Below the pieces are notes generated by a model. It was not told the origin of the DNA. It searched no databases and saw only the letters and a list, made by a program, of their open reading frames with translations. A program made the position numbers and the translations under genes. A stretch of DNA of 64,000 bases from Marsupella aquatica (Eukaryota; Plantae; Marchantiophyta), in assembly GCA_973895155.1 (NCBI GenBank), contig OZ316899.1:4963241-5027240 (forward strand), given 5' to 3'. Positions 12,142 through 26,378 of this stretch are shown piece by piece (position 1 is the first letter of the stretch; the number at the start of each line of letters is the position of its first letter).

Positions 12142-13379
12142 CTATGGATTGTTCTGGAGTAGTTGTCCAACTGTTGCTGTGATAGGGCAACTGTTCACAT
12201 CTTGCCAAATGTCGTACTCTCCCTTCTTTTCCTCTGTTGGTCGCACCTTTGCTTTGGCCTCCCGCTTCTCTTGCTCTTCTTGTCGGGCAGCTTCAGTTGC
12301 TTTCAGATCCTTATCAATGGTCTTCTGGTACTCTTGTGCTTCATACGCCTCCAACTATTGTTCACCAATTCTTCAATATGAGGGTAAAATAGCTTTGGAT
12401 CATCCCGACGGTAGTCATCATCTTCCTTGGGTGGAATCTCTACCGTGGGTTGGACCGGTATGGTGTCGTGCTTCTTGCAATGTTTTTCTTCCTGCTTCTC
12501 TTGCTTACGTTCGGCCCTGGTAGCGACTCGGTAGCACTCGGCTTTGTCGGACGGTGCAGGGTGCTCTGCTACATTGACCAGGTTAACCCACTCCGTTGTG
12601 TCATCTTGCCACTCCACATCTATCATTTGCACCACTGCATCGTTCGGAGCCGGCCCCATTTGTGCTGGTTGGGCTGCATTTGCCTTGGCCGCTATTACCA
12701 GTGGGCAATTGGCCGTAGAATGGGCCTCCGTCTTACATACTTGGCACAGCGGCATGCCTCTGCCATCTCCTTGGCGTCTTTGTTTGGTGCATTCTCTTGC
12801 AAAGTGGCCGGGCTTCTCACAGTTGTAACAAACCGGGGATCGCCAAATCCCTGGTTTTGGAGGAATACTCGGGTTACTAATGACTTGCAATTGCCGACCA
12901 CCATTTGGGTAGGGATATGCTATCCTCCCAACTAAGTTCCGTGGGCCTCCTGTGGAGATCTGATATACAGAGTCCGTAGGATCCTTGAAGAAGTACTCAG
13001 TTGATTCAGGCTCGGGACCCGGACTATCAACATCGTCCAACTCTACCCGATGGACATGATTCTTCCACCTTGGGCATTCTTGCACAACATGTCCCAATTG
13101 GAAGCACTTAGAGTACCATGCATGTGCTTGAGTTTCTGGTGGTTTCTTCTTCTCCACGGGTTTCTCCGCGAGATGTACTGACAATGCTTCTAGGCAATTT
13201 GTGATCTCGTTCAATTTGTCTACTTTGGCGGCCTTAGGGTCTGGGGCAATCCTTCGGGCATGAGGCTTACTCTTGTCCTCTTTTTTAGAGCAACGTTTCT
13301 TCTTCTTCCCCTTGGACTCGCTCTTTGAATCACTACTGGATGAGCTGGATAGGGAGGAGCTGTTGGATGTTGAGTCCAA
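12142..13379 (-). pseudogene. Gypsy gag C-terminal part with zinc knuckles
   Basis: CYNCEKPGHFAREC, CQVCKTEAHSTANC and a degenerate third knuckle. Ser-rich and Lys-rich linker. Confidence 0.85.
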
Positions 13380-13412
13380 ACTGGTCCCTGACTCAGAGAG
13401 TCGCAGAACTAG

Positions 13413-16020
13413 TGTGACACGGGTAGCGTGTCACTAGATATGACACAAGTAACAGATTAGGACGTATACGGTCATTAGGACCGTAGCCGTATAGTTAGGA
13501 TGGTACAAAGAGCAGTCTTTGCAATTATGATTAGACTAGGAATAGGTTAGTCAACATAATGATTAGTAGTTACATTGCGCATAATAAGGATCATCCACGG
13601 TACAATGGCGGCGGCGGAGTAAGAATTTGTTATGACGGATCACGCTTGGACCAAGACATGCAACCAAAATCAAATAGCTAACGGCCCTCGATGCTCTCAC
13701 GCTTGAGCTCGCCCAAGAGCCCCCATAAGAGCTCGGTTGATGGCACGGCAGCCCATTTTCCCTTCTTGCTCCTAAGGATTTGTGGACGTTGTCAGTCGCT
13801 CTAATGGTTAGCCTTGCTTGATTCCACTTTCATCGAAGAACATTGTAGGTTGCGTGCGTATTGTGGCAAGATTTAGTTAGGGGGGAAGTATTCACAAGCG
13901 ATCGAGACCTTTGATTCTACAAACAAGAAAGTCGGGGAAGCAGACTCGACCAGCAACTGCAAAGGTTAGTATGACCCTTATAGCTCTTGGATTTTGGACC
14001 TTGTTTAGCGAGGTAGGCGCTAAGCTCTCTGAGACTTATTGGTATTCTTGCCCCGAGAAAGCCTCCTACAAACAAAGTACGCAAAATTGGTGGCCAAGGT
14101 AGCGCAGATTAACTACGAGAAGGCAACGCTTACCAGGGATTCCAACTACAACAAGCTACGGGACTACATTACCAAGCTATACATCAACAAGGAGGGATTT
14201 AGATTGGTGGCGGAGGCAATTCTTGCGGTCCCTGCAAATTTCTTTAGGTTGAAGGGCGGATGGAAGCTGACTCAGATAGAGTTCGACAAGACCCTGGGTT
14301 ACATCAAGCATCAGATTGCGGCCGACAGGGGAGAAGGAGACATCAGCAGACAACAGGAAGTGACACGTAATCTCACATTTCTTGGTGAGAGCTCCAACGC
14401 CTTCATCTGGGATATGGCTACCCCGACGGTGCCCCCAATCACTTGGCCCATTACCCCAGCTACCAACGTGCCCCCAAACCAAGCCCAAGACCATCCGGTC
14501 AATAACACCGAGTGTTCATCAGGTTTTGATGGACGCGTTAGTCCGCAGCTAGAGCAACGCTCCGGCAAGCGAGCTAGGACAACGCGAGTAAAGTTACATC
14601 ATCAGTTATCAGTCGTTTCCATCAGTCAACTTGATATAAGTCGCCACATCATCTTAGAGAGGCCGCCAAGATGCGAGGCCAAAAAAAATGCAAAAAAAGT
14701 ATTTTCATTTTTTTTCTCAAAATTTGATGAAGAAAAAAAAAATCACTATGGGTGTCCATACCTTACGGACATCACTTCTCGGTAGGGCCAACCGAGATGG
14801 CCAAGTATCCGTGCAATACGGGCACAAAAATTCATCAAAAACCCTAAACCCTAATTTATTTATTTATTTGAATTTTTCAAGAAAATAATTTGTCCATTTT
14901 TTTGGTCCGCACGCCGATCTCAACGAGGTCAGCTGAGATTTGAGTCAATCTCAATTGCCTAGCTGAGATGCATGGAAGTGCAAAGTTATCATCTCAACTG
15001 CTCAGCTGAGATTCAAAAAATTTCAGCGAAAAAATTGATAACTGATATCAGTCGCTGATTGGGCCGCTGATATCAGTTATCTGTGGCTAATAATTGATGA
15101 TCCTCGCTACCCCAAACAACGCCGGGTCCAAAGCCGACTACACGGAATAACCCTGGCCCCTTACCAGCTCTAGCCCCGACCATCCAACCAGCCAACACCC
15201 AGTCCCGACGGACCCCCGACCACCGGCAACCAAACCAACTGCAGGTAATCCATGTCCCTGAGGTAGTCTCATCCGCGATCAAGAAACCCAATCACGCAGA
15301 CTATCTCAAGGAGCATCAGTTGGAGCAATTTGCTCATTTACCATGGAGGCCTACCACCTCCGAGGCACGGGAGATCTACGAGTTCATCTCCAATTTTGAC
15401 ATTGATGCGCCTGCCACCAAGGTATTAGGGCAGACCTTATCACTTACGGAGTATCGATTGGCCTAAATCTTTTGTCTGCCAACCGGACCCGTGTCAGTTG
15501 AAGTTCGGATCCGGGATAAGGAGTATACGCCCCAACATTTCAAACCCAAGGGCAAGACAGACAATGGTTATAAGCAGGGGTCATGTACCAACCTAATCTG
15601 TATGGAGCGGCTAAACTTCATACGGACTACCTTACACATGATCAAACCGCGGTCCAAGATCTTGCTATGTACGATTGTGCAAGTAGAACAGTGCAAGCGG
15701 CGGAACTGGGCCCAATTCTTCAGCCGCCGGTTCTTGGGGGAGCTTAGGCGGGCTCAAATAGGAATGCCCATCGGGGGAAAGACCTACTTGGGGAGTCACA
15801 TCGTCATCATCCTAGGTTGGTACAAGGCACGACGGGAGGCCACAGGGAAGAATATGGCCACCTTGGCCCTAACTAACGTCGCCCCCACTCCCGGAGGTAC
15901 TCCACCAAGCAAACCGACTTCCACATCTTGGGCAAACCCTGAACCCTCAGTACCACGGACTACTCCCCCGCCCTCCCCTACGTTCGGCACCATTACAAAC
16001 AATGGACCACCCTTGCCGAC
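13413..16020 (+). mobile_element. Truncated LTR-like segment with an accessory ORF homologous to 5665-6690
   Basis: Starts TGTGACAC where gag breaks off. 15290-15850 encodes QLEQFAHLPW...IYEFISNF...TKVLGQTLSLT...IFCLPTG...NGY...CTN, which aligns with the ORF in the 4743-9440 unit. Confidence 0.55.
14586..15113. mobile_element. Non-autonomous MULE (528 bp) related to the 31356-56312 element
   Basis: The left end GAGTAAAGTTACATCATCAGTTATC matches one terminus of the large element. The right end (rc) GGGGT-N8-TCATCAATTA matches the other. 9-bp TSD GGACAACGC/AAACAACGC (2 mismatches). Confidence 0.8.
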
Positions 16021-16024
16021 CCCA

Positions 16025-17282
16025 TCGTACTTGGAAATCATCAACTTTCTTCAAACCGCCAGGGTACCAAGAGAGATGGGGAAAGAAGCTACTATTGTAT
16101 TTTTGAGGAACGTCAGACCATACATATTGGTAAAGGTGCTTTACACAATGAGGGTGTAGACGGAAGGCTAAGGAGGTGCCTGGAGAAAAAACAAATTCAC
16201 GTGGTGATGAGAGCTTTACATGAAGAGGAGGCTGGTGGACACTATGCAGCGGCTACTACCTCTAGAAAAATTCTAGATGCTGAATATTGGTGGCCAACAC
16301 TCCACAAAGATGTACAAGGGTTTGTGAAGGGATGTGACCCTTGCCAACGGACAGGCCGACCTGCCATGACAAGTAACCATCCTCTCACTCTTATTTTACC
16401 TTTAGCGCCCTTTGAGAAGTGGGGTATTGATTTCATTGGACCCATTACACCTATGACCAGGAGGAGGAAGAACAGGTATATCATCTTGGCTGCTGACTAT
16501 GCTTCTAAGTGGGTGGAGGCTAGAGTTATAGTCAAGAATGATGCAAGGACAGCAGTCAGGTTTATGTATGAATAACTTTTCATAAGGTTTGGCTCACCCT
16601 TAGAGTTGGTGAGTGATAGGGGAGCTCATTTCTTGAATGAGGTGGTGGAAGAACTCACTAACAACTACTTAGTGAAACACCGCAAGACCACACCTTATCA
16701 CCCTAAAGCAAATGGTCTCACAGAGAGGGCTAATGGCATCATTGACAAAATTTTGAACAAAACCGTTGCAGCTCATAAGACAGATTGGGACTACAAGCTT
16801 CATTCAGCGGTGTATGCCTATAATTTGGCATTCAAAACTACAACAGGCCATAGTCCCTATTACTTGGTTTTTGGGCAGCATTCATTGGTACCGGTGGAGT
16901 TTGAGGTGCCAACCTTAAGGGTGACGATGGAGGAGCGCATGGAGGAGATAAAAGTTTGATGGAGAGAGCTTATCAGTTGGAGGCATTGGAGGAGACCAGA
17001 GAAGAGGCCAACGAGAACTTAAAGCACAGGCAAGGGTTAACCAAGATATACCATGACAATAAATTACGACCAACCAATTTTTGTGCAGGTGACAGGGTGT
17101 TGTTGTATGACAGCAGGTTTGCCCACTTTCCAGGCAAGCTTCACACCAGGTGGTTAGGACCTTATATTGTTCAAACTTTGCATGCCAATGGGTCTGTAGA
17201 GGTTGCTACCTTGATTGGAGAAGTGTTCCCCGTGCGGGTGCACTATGATCGATTGAAAAAATATCATAATCAAGAGTTCTAG
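16025..17282 (+). pseudogene. Gypsy integrase fragment
   Basis: HEEEAGGH...CDPCQ zinc finger, WGIDFIGP, VSDRGAHF, NGLTERAN (DDE) and WLGPY. Contains stops and frameshifts. Confidence 0.95.
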
Positions 17283-17318
17283 TGTTTGCGGGATGCTTCA
17301 CACTTAAGAGGGGGGCTA

Positions 17319-18580
17319 TGTGAGACCTCTAAAAAAACAATAAATTTATGGTAGTGGAGTGTTTTCTCCCTTAGTCCAAGGTAGATAAAGAATTAAAATA
17401 GTAGTTAGAGAAGGTTTATATGGCCTCTTATGAGTTTTTGGACTTAAAAAAATATATTTTTGAAATGATGACACCATTTTAGGAATCCTCCGACCCAAAA
17501 CTAGACCTTACTTGGGCAAGAAAATATATGTTCTAAAAATAATAATTTGGCTTAGGGTTGAGGAGTTATAGCTATAAATAAATTTGGATGCCAAAATATA
17601 GGGAAAATGTCTTATAGCAATGGATAGGAAAATAATTCAAGCCAATATATTTTCAGATTTCCAAGATATTAGAGAAAAGGTAAAAACATGAAATTACCAT
17701 AGTTAAAAGTTAACTAGGTAGGTAGGTGGCAAAGACTTCACCAATTGACCGAGCTACTTGGTCCTTGGTGGACTATCTACTACCTGGTCCTTGGTCCTTG
17801 GTGGGCTATCTACTACCTTATCCTTGGTCTTTGGTGGGCTATCTACTACTTGGTCCTTGGTGGGCTATCTGGTCCTTGGTCTTTGGTCTTTGTGGACTTG
17901 GGGCCTTGGTGCACACCACTATTTTGGAATTTGTGGGGTAGTAGCCTAGTAGGAATTTTATAAGAAATGAAGTTTTTCTTGAGGCCAATGTCCATTCTTC
18001 CATTGTGTTCTTGCACATACTTGCTCTAGCTTGAGGAGTAGTGCTTGGATGGGGAGTTTGTGCCATGTATGAACCTTATTGTGTGTGTAGTAAAATGCTT
18101 TTCCTTTGAAACCACACCTTGATGTGTACATGTATGTTGAAGGAAGCTAGGTTGTTGATTGTGCTCCAATGGAGAAGTGGATGAAGATCTAAGGCCTTGG
18201 CATTTGTTATGTTGAAGTTGAGAGGTGGAAGATTGTGCATTTTGAAGTTGTGTTATTATTAGTGTTTTGTTAGTGATAAGATAAATCTTAGACATTGAGT
18301 TGGTCACAAGCTAGAGATGTGTGGTTGAAGATCTTGGGCAGGAGCTTGAGGCGAGTCAAGATTCATCGGTTAGACTTGGGGATGAAAGAAGTTTAAGTGA
18401 ATACTAAGGTCATTGATTAGGGTAGGGAAGGAAGATGGTTCATAGGTGACAACTATGAATATTTGGGTTTTATGGGAGAAGGATGAGAGTTGAAAGTGTG
18501 TGAGTTGAAGGTAGTTTCAAGCAGAATCTACATTTATGGTGGCGGAAACCAAACTACCTATGAGTGTGATTATTTTGACA
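17319..18580 (+). repeat. 3' LTR (partial) of the plus-strand Gypsy
   Basis: PPT AAGAGGGGGG (17306-17315) then TGTGAGAC. Contains GGTCCTTGGTGGGCTATCTACTAC repeats (17755-17890) also seen, reversed, in the 22-29 kb LTRs. The right boundary is uncertain. Confidence 0.65.
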
Positions 18581-20529
18581 TGATAGCAATAAATGCCCAA
18601 GGAGGACCCCCAAATAGGACCTGGTTGACATTAAAGGACAGTATTATAAGATATTTAGTGGTAAATAACTCATTAGTTCTCATGCAAGTTGTTGACAGTA
18701 GGCTTAGACATCAGCACCGTGGTTAGCAACCCTTGCCACTGACGGTCAACCAGTCAGTGGGAAGGCGGTCAGCGTGGTCAAGAGATAGTTAGTTAGTTAG
18801 GCATTACCCGAGGGAGGTAGCATCTCCCCCGTCCCTTTCTGCAAGAGTATTTAGGCTCTCCCTTCCGCTAGGGAAGGAGAGAGACTTCTGGTTCATTTTA
18901 GTGGGCAAGAACATTGTGCACGGGGAGTCCCGGTCTGAGTAGGATCTGAGAGTACTAAGGAGTGAGAGCCAGAGTTGAGCTTGCTGGCCTCCTTGCCCAA
19001 AACCTTGCCCCTACTGGTGGTCGTGCACATGTCTTTAAGACGACTTGGATTTATGGCCCAGGTTATTGACGCAACAATTAGACTACCTTAACACTTAGCT
19101 CCAGTGTTGCTGACTCCGATGCTGAGGTCCCTTATGGTCCAGGCCCGGATAGGCCATCCAGGGAGGACTTAGCATGGGGAGACTTGTGGGCAATGAGACG
19201 TGGCACTAGCAAAGGCAAGGAGCCAAGCTGGTGACACACACTAAGGACTTAGGCAAGCTGAGAGCTGGTCGGGTCAAGGGGAAAGGGGCCAAACTCAAGG
19301 TCAACCATCTGGGCCCCCGGACGGACTTTGACTTCTAAGGGCTTGAGTGTGAGCTCCTCTTGGGCCCAAGGCTAATGGAGTTGACGCCATGGGCAACGGA
19401 CGCTTGGGGCGTGAGTTATGGCCCGATCCGGGTTTGGCCAATTGGGGACCCCAAGCAGAAATGAGACCTGAGGGCCTAGGCATGAGCACTGGGTCGGTCC
19501 AATCACAACGGGCTAAGGCACTCCGCTTGCGGACGCCTAACAAGAAAGTTATGGGCATTGCCACTTGGTGGTGTGCCTAGTATGCGCGATAGGATCCAGA
19601 TTGGAGGCCAAATGTTTAGGGACCAAAGTTGGTCCGGGGGGTGGCAGGTCTTCAGAAGCATATATGAGGGGAGTGGTGTCTCCCTAGGGGCCAAGGGCGA
19701 GCCAAGGCGGTCGCGACACTAAGGGAAAGCGCCAAACGGAAATGGCGATATCTTCCCAACGGGAAGTTTGTTGGAGGACTTCTTGGGTGCGTTGGAAATC
19801 TCTCAAGGAGGGCTATGTCCTCCTGAGATCAGTTGGGTCTGGGGGAGCCATGGTTTATTGAGGTTTGCGGGTGTTAGCTCGCCCACTTGCCAAATCCTGC
19901 CAAACAGCAGCCAAGCCACGTTCAGTCTCCCAAGGGAGCTTACGTTGGGGAGGCAAGGCCAAGTAGGCATGGAGGTTGAGTTCCAAGGGTGCTTGGTCCC
20001 TAGACCATCAGTGGGGCAAGAATTGGGAGTTGGTTGCTAGAGTCGGGGCCATTATGGTCCCAACGTGTTGGCACAAGCTACGCTATTTGGGCCATGAGCA
20101 TGTCCTGGGGTCAGGGCGGTTAGTTGGTGATGGATAGGTACAATGGGGAACCCAGGCCGCGCCCAAGGAAGGAGTTGTTCTAGATGAACAGTGGGCGTGG
20201 GTTCTAGTTCCGGCTTATGGCATCGGGAGGACCTATCGTTGACCTATTTACCAACGTCTGTTGAGCTTGAGTTAGTATGCTAGACTTGGAGAGTTCTAGA
20301 TTTTGAAGGGTTACTTACCAAGGTGCTTGGTTGCTTGTGCAGACAGTGAGGACCGTTGGGTAGCGGTCGTGTTGGAGAGAAAGTACAACTTTGTATGGGA
20401 GGGGCCGCTGGCGGTGCAAGGGGCACTAGGTTGCTTGCTCAAGGTATTCCGTGGAGGCGTTCGGGCACCAGGGGCACTTAGGCATGAGTGCTAGGATTGG
20501 TGAGGGCATTGGGTGGCAAGGTCCACCAC

Positions 20530-20770
20530 TAATCCTCTCCATTAGCTTTGGCGGTGGCTTCAAACTCATCCAACCATTCGTCTGGGTCATCCCCATGACG
20601 TCCCTTGAAAGGTTGGTAGTAGAACCTGGATCATTGTGATACTTGTGGAAGGGTTGGGGCCGCACGCGCTACTGTGGGTGGTGCTACCGCCATAGGTACT
20701 GGCGGAGGCGCAACTGGGCCTGAGCCTGCCGCACCGGGCCCAAACGGTCCCGGTGGGATGTTCATTCATT
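20530..20770 (-). pseudogene. Gypsy gag N-terminal remnant within a degraded LTR-element region (about 18.6-21.7 kb)
   Basis: GDDPDEWLDEFEATAKANGED is homologous to the gag at about 26000. Confidence 0.55.
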
Positions 20771-22080
20771 GCGGTGATAGCGAATTCTCCAAATCTGATG
20801 ACTCCAAATTTGTTGTTGACTTACTTTCTTGTTTGCTTATCAATTGCCTCAGGTACGCTACTAGAGAACGAGTAACGGGCATCTACTCTCGTACAATTGG
20901 TAATGACTTACAGGGCTCAAGGTCCTATGATAACGTACCTACACACGTGTCTCCACTCTGAACAAGCTTAGAGTACCCCCTCCATCTAGTGCCAAAACAA
21001 AGGCTATGTCATGCCAAAGGATTTGTCCTTACTTGGATTTCAGCTTAGGCGGGCATAAACTCCGTTAGTATTGAGGTTTGGGCAAGGAGGGACGTGCATA
21101 CGGCACTGTATTCCACTAACTTGACACTAAACGTGCCAAATTCTATTGTTACCCGTATCATAGGTATCGTTTGTGTTCTGCTGTTAGAACGTACCTCGAG
21201 TCGATAGCTGAATCAACCCTGGCTTAAGGACTTCTAAGCCTTTGTACAGTCCGCCTTCAATCCGGATCCGATAATACGGGTAGCTAATCTGGGCCCAAAA
21301 CCACTATCCGTAGCCTACACCCTGGGGGCACCGCTTGTATAGCGCGTCCGGCCTAGCGAGATGTACAATTGTCTCAACATTCACAGCATACACGTTTGAT
21401 TTACACAAAGGAAATGGTGGGGAAAAGACTTTACTTTCAGAAGCCGTTATGCACGTATACACGGTTGATTCAACTTCTTCTGAATACTCAAGTCGAAGAC
21501 AAAGAGGCGTACACTACAATGAAGCCCAGCTTTGCACTCGCCCAACAAGCTTAGTTGTACCCTCAATCCTTGGGACTTCTATTCAAGAAGGCCTGGACTC
21601 CCCGCACATCTTGCAGACACCCGGTTTTGAACCTAAAATCCCCCCCTTGCCTCTACCGGTGTCCTAAGGATGAGAAAAAAGGTGGGAAAGTTCTTGAGAA
21701 ATACGTTGGATGTATGGTTGCTTGAAATAGTAGACGGCTTCCAACAAGACAACTCTAAGCAACAAGACTTTTAATCAACCAAACATCACAAAAATATCCA
21801 CTTCATCCATAGCCAAAGCAAAGTAACTCATTCATTTACAAAATTGAAGACAATTTCTCGTCAATAATCAAATTAATATAACTATAGGTTTTTCTAAGTC
21901 AAAAGTAGGTCTCCATCAAGACGCTCCTAGCACGTAACACCAAGTAGTATGTATAAGATTGCATCTCAGCCCCTCCAATAAGTCTATCAAAAACAAGGCT
22001 TTGAAATAGCCTATCTACTATTGTCCTACACCATCATAACAACTTCAAGAACTTCAACACTCAAGCAGGCAAAACCTCAA

Positions 22081-24827
22081 TATCAAACACTTTTCAAGGA
22101 GCTTAAGTGATTATCCTCCTAAAAAACTACCTAATACCTGCTCCATGTCATACCAAGGTCACAAAGGATTGACAAAACTTATAAAATGTGCTTACAATGT
22201 CTAATCACCCATACATAAATAGTTTCAACTCTCCACTTCTAGAGAGGTAGTCCCCTTGCTTACTTTTGCACTCACACCCTTCCCCTCTCCTCTACTCCCA
22301 AGATCAGTAAGAGGGGTCTCCGCTCGAAGTTGTCACCTTAGAGTAGATTCTCTCACAAACACCCAAGAACCCAAAGTACTTTCCTTTTCAAGCTTAAGTC
22401 TCTTCAAGACCCTGAAAGTAGTGTTACCCCTCAACCTTGCCCCCTGGCCTTGGTTTGGGTCCACACATCCCCTTTGAGCTCTAGAGAAGGCTCCTCTATC
22501 TAAGGACTCTTCCTCTTGTTCTTACTTCTTGTTAACAACACACACCAAGCAAAGTACTTTCCACCCTCAAGCTACAACCCTCTCTAAGTCTCAAAGTAGT
22601 GCTCTACCTTAACCTTGCCTCCTTGGCCTTGGTTTTGTACTAGCACATCCCCTTCAAGCTTAGACCAAGATTACACCATAGCATGGACTCTTATCTTGCT
22701 CTCATATACTTCAAATGCACTCACACTTAATGGTCACAATGAAGATTGACAAGTCTCATTTTATTGCATCACCTTTACAACAAAAGTTCACTACACATTC
22801 TCCACACTAAGCATGGACCCCCTCTTCCTTCTCAAGCTTAGCTCTACCTCGGCAAGGTAGAGATTCCACTTAAGAGATGAGACTCCAAGTCCCTAACAAA
22901 GGAAAACTTTCTCTTTTTATACTATTCTCCTTTCACACCACACCAAGCTCAATCTGGGGTCCAACGACACCTCCCCCAAGTACCAATGACCAAAGTAGCC
23001 CACCAAGGACCAAGGACCAAAGACCAAGGTAGTCCACCAAGGACCAAAGTCCTCTTAACTACCAAAGTCCTACTAACTACCAAAGTCTTACTAACCACTC
23101 TCACTCAAGCTCCTTCACCTTGTGATTGTCTGGTCTCGCATCCGCCCTTGTGCTTGACTCATTCCTGCCTCGTGGCAGCCTCGTCGAAGCGTTTTTACAC
23201 TTAGTCTAATTTTGTTATTTTGAAAAAAATATAATTCACCAACCCATATTGTACCCCCTGCCAAAAATCACCTATAAGGCCAAAAGGACTTCTAAATAGA
23301 TCCACAGATTTTCTTGACATAGGACTATGCCTTAGTTTACTAAGATCTAAACAAAGTTCTATAACCAATTTTCTAAAATTAGGTAAAGAGGGTTAATTAT
23401 TATGTTTTCCAAAATTCTTCTCAACTTTTAGATGCTCCCAAAAAGTAACCACAGGTAACCAAGTTCTCCCACAAGTTTCCAGGGATAGAGTGGATCATAT
23501 TTAACCTTTCCAACTTGAAACCCCTACATTTCCCCATCAACTATTTTTCCTGGGACCCGCTATTTTGTTAATTTAAGTCCCACCGAAACACAAGGAAACC
23601 CTAGGTTGAGACCCCACTTGACATCATACTTCACAGGGGTGCTCTAAGGACCTCCTAGCACCTACGCAAAAAATCTTTAACCAAAACTAAGACTTCAAGT
23701 GTCGGGCCATTTTCCGGCAGCCGCCTATTCTAACTAAGGACAAAACATTTGCTACCCTACCATAAAGACCTTACTTATCCCTTAGTTGACATTTTCTTGG
23801 AACATCATATCTTATCCCTTTCATTATATCCTACTAGTCTTCCCTAGTTACTTAGGGTTGCAAACCCTAAATACTTTGCTAACACTAAAATGTCTTTTTT
23901 ACTATTCCTTGTTCAAAAAGCAAAAAAAATGACAAGTTTCTTACATAAACTTATATTGAGCCATTCAACACTCAACCATGGAGAAAAGCCCTTCCCCTTC
24001 CATACTCATTACTTATCATCCTTCAATGTTTTCTTCTCCCAAACTGAGTGGAAAATTGGCCAGCGCTTCTGCACAAGAGTGAAGCCAATAATTTATACCT
24101 TACCTTCAATGTTCTAGATATTGGGTAAGGATTGCAACAAAGGTGCCCCTTCCAAGCTACATAGACCCCCAAGGCAAGACAAATCCACATTGGTAGGTGA
24201 ATGAACAAGTCAATTACCAAGACAGTTGCACTCAAGATTAGGAAACACACCTCCAAGCACACATAAGCCCAATTCTTTCACATCTACTTCCCCGGGTCCC
24301 TCTTCCATCAAAGAAAGTACCTCCCAACTCTCAACTAGGCCCTTCAAACATTAGGCACCTAGAAGAGAGGAGCTATGGCTCTTTTACTCACAATCATGGC
24401 AATATCTCTCTTCCCCACCTCCAAGCTCTCAACTTTGAGAAAGTGAGAATGAAGAATGATCCCCTCCTTCTCTCCAAGCTCTCCCTTAAGCCCTTGACCT
24501 GCCTCCCCCATCAGAATTTGCAATTTTCTCCTCCAACCCACTTCACACCAACCAAGCACTTGGCAACAATTCACTAGCAGCAATTCACTAGCAACCCAAA
24601 AATTGCCCGCCACCTCTCCACTATAAACCATACACTAAATCCAAGTGAATGTTGAGCAAATAGGGACCAAACAACATCAAAACCATGGACCAATCTCAAT
24701 CCAACCTGAACTCGAGTTCCAACCACCCTCCAAGCCTCCCCAACACTTGTGAAGGCCTAACTTGCAGTCCAAATAGCTTTTGCCACCTCTATGAACTCAA
24801 CCACCTGGTTATGTTCCACAAACAACA
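22081..24827 (-). repeat. 3' LTR
   Basis: Direct repeat of 26379-28954. Ends TA(TG-derived)...AACA. Confidence 0.9.
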
Positions 24828-24934
24828 GCTCACCACCAAGGCAAGACTCGACCTTGTGTCCTAGCTTCTGAGTAGATCCACAGATTCTCTGGACATAGTA
24901 CTATGCCCTGGTTTACTAAGATCTAAACAAAACT

Positions 24935-26333
24935 CTATAACCAATTTTGTAAAATTAGGTAAAGAGGATGAATTATTATGTTTTCCAAAATTCTTCCCAA
25001 AATTTGGTACACCATCTTTGGGGCTTCTTCATAGAAGTAGTCCACCACTTCACTTGCTTGATAAACTTCTCTGGGCTCTTCATTGACATACTGAACTTGA
25101 TTCCTCCAACCTTGGAACTTCTGAGGTGTATGGCCAAAACTTTTGCGCTTGACACACCATACATGGGCTCTATTTACCAGTACCTTTCTCCTATCAGGTT
25201 GCATACCAGCAAAATAAACTGATAGGGTCTTGAGTTGGTTGGTGATCTCACTCATCTTGTTGTCCATCAATTTCTTCTCCTTGTTTGCTGGTGTTCCACC
25301 AAGTTGAAGGTTGCAGATTTGTGGTGCTTACCACCTGGCTTCTTCTTGCTTGCTCTCTTCTTCTGGTCGCTTTTTTTTTGCCTTCTTCTTCTTCTTCTTG
25401 GAGTCCTCAGAATCAGATTCAGATTCTGAACTGGAACTACTCTCCTCAGATTCTGAATCAGAAGTATCTTCAACTGAACTACTTGATTCACTTGAGCTAG
25501 AAGAAGAATCACTATGGGCAAATCGCTTCTTCTTTCTCCTACTCTTGGAACTAGAGATCTCAACACTCCTATAAGACTGAGCTACCTCAATGGCCTCCTC
25601 CAAAGTATTAGGGTGTGATTGCCTTACTGAGACACCCATCTTCTTGGGTAGGCTTGCCACAAACCACGGCAACAACATGGAGTCTACTGGTCTAGGGTCA
25701 AGCTTGGTAGCTAACCTTTGAAACCTTTGCAGAAACCTCCTTATTGACTCTTTTGATCCCATTAATATGATCTCTCCCATCTTGATCAAAGCTTCCGATT
25801 CTTCTCCCACCTTCCTAAACTCCTGCAAGAAGGGTAGTTTGAAGGCATCCCAATCATTCTTGGTGGCATTTGATAGGTTTTTGAACCAAGGTCTTGCTTC
25901 TCCTTTCAAGACACCCACCAAAGTGGTCAACTTAATATCAAACTCTCCTTTGGCTTGGGCTGTCCCAATGAAGTCCTCCAACCAAAGCATCAGGATCCTC
26001 CTTGGGCTTGCCATGGAATGTCTTGTACTGAAATCTTGCTCTTTGAGTCACTACCATGGCTTCTTCTTGCTCTTCACTTGTGTTGGAATTGGAAGAGGAT
26101 GTATTACTCCACCCTACACTGGGTTCTGCTTCAGCTTGCAAATGAATGTCCACCCAATCTGGTTGCTCCAACTGGTCCCCAAAGTTAAAACTAAGAGAGG
26201 CTTCTCTTAGTGCTTGACTCCTTGTAGTGGGCATGCCAATCACAATCACCTTCTTATCTCCCTTCTCTTGAAGAACCAACCTGCAAACATATCTCCAAGT
26301 CTTGTGGCTCCACTCCCACAACAAAAATTGCAA
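24935..26333 (-). pseudogene. Gypsy gag remnant
   Basis: YKTFHGKPKEDPD, LKGEARPWF...WDAFKLPFLQEF retrotransposon gag segments, Ser-rich tract and degenerate knuckle. Confidence 0.85.
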
Positions 26334-26340
26334 GGAGTTG

Positions 26341-26358
26341 TCCCCGGCAGCGGCGCCA
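26341..26358 (-). promoter_or_regulatory. Primer binding site (tRNA-Asp type)
   Basis: Minus strand TGGCGCCGCTGCCGGGGA, the Athila-type PBS. Confidence 0.85.
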
Positions 26359-26378
26359 AAAACAAGGGTGAGTCTCTA

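Larger units (their letters stand above)
3809..13410 (-). mobile_element. Ty3/Gypsy LTR retrotransposon (5'-truncated), interrupted by the 4743-9440 insertion
   Basis: Gag-PR-RT-RH-INT order on the minus strand. A PPT-like AAGTAGGGAG is followed by an LTR start TGTGACTCC at 3947. Confidence 0.9.

Noticed and set aside
17726-17963. Three overlapping W/L/G-rich ORFs
   Set aside because: They are products of short tandem repeats inside an LTR.
21315-21340. Possible PBS for the gag remnant at 20530-20770
   Set aside because: No convincing tRNA 3'-end match, and the LTR boundaries could not be fixed.
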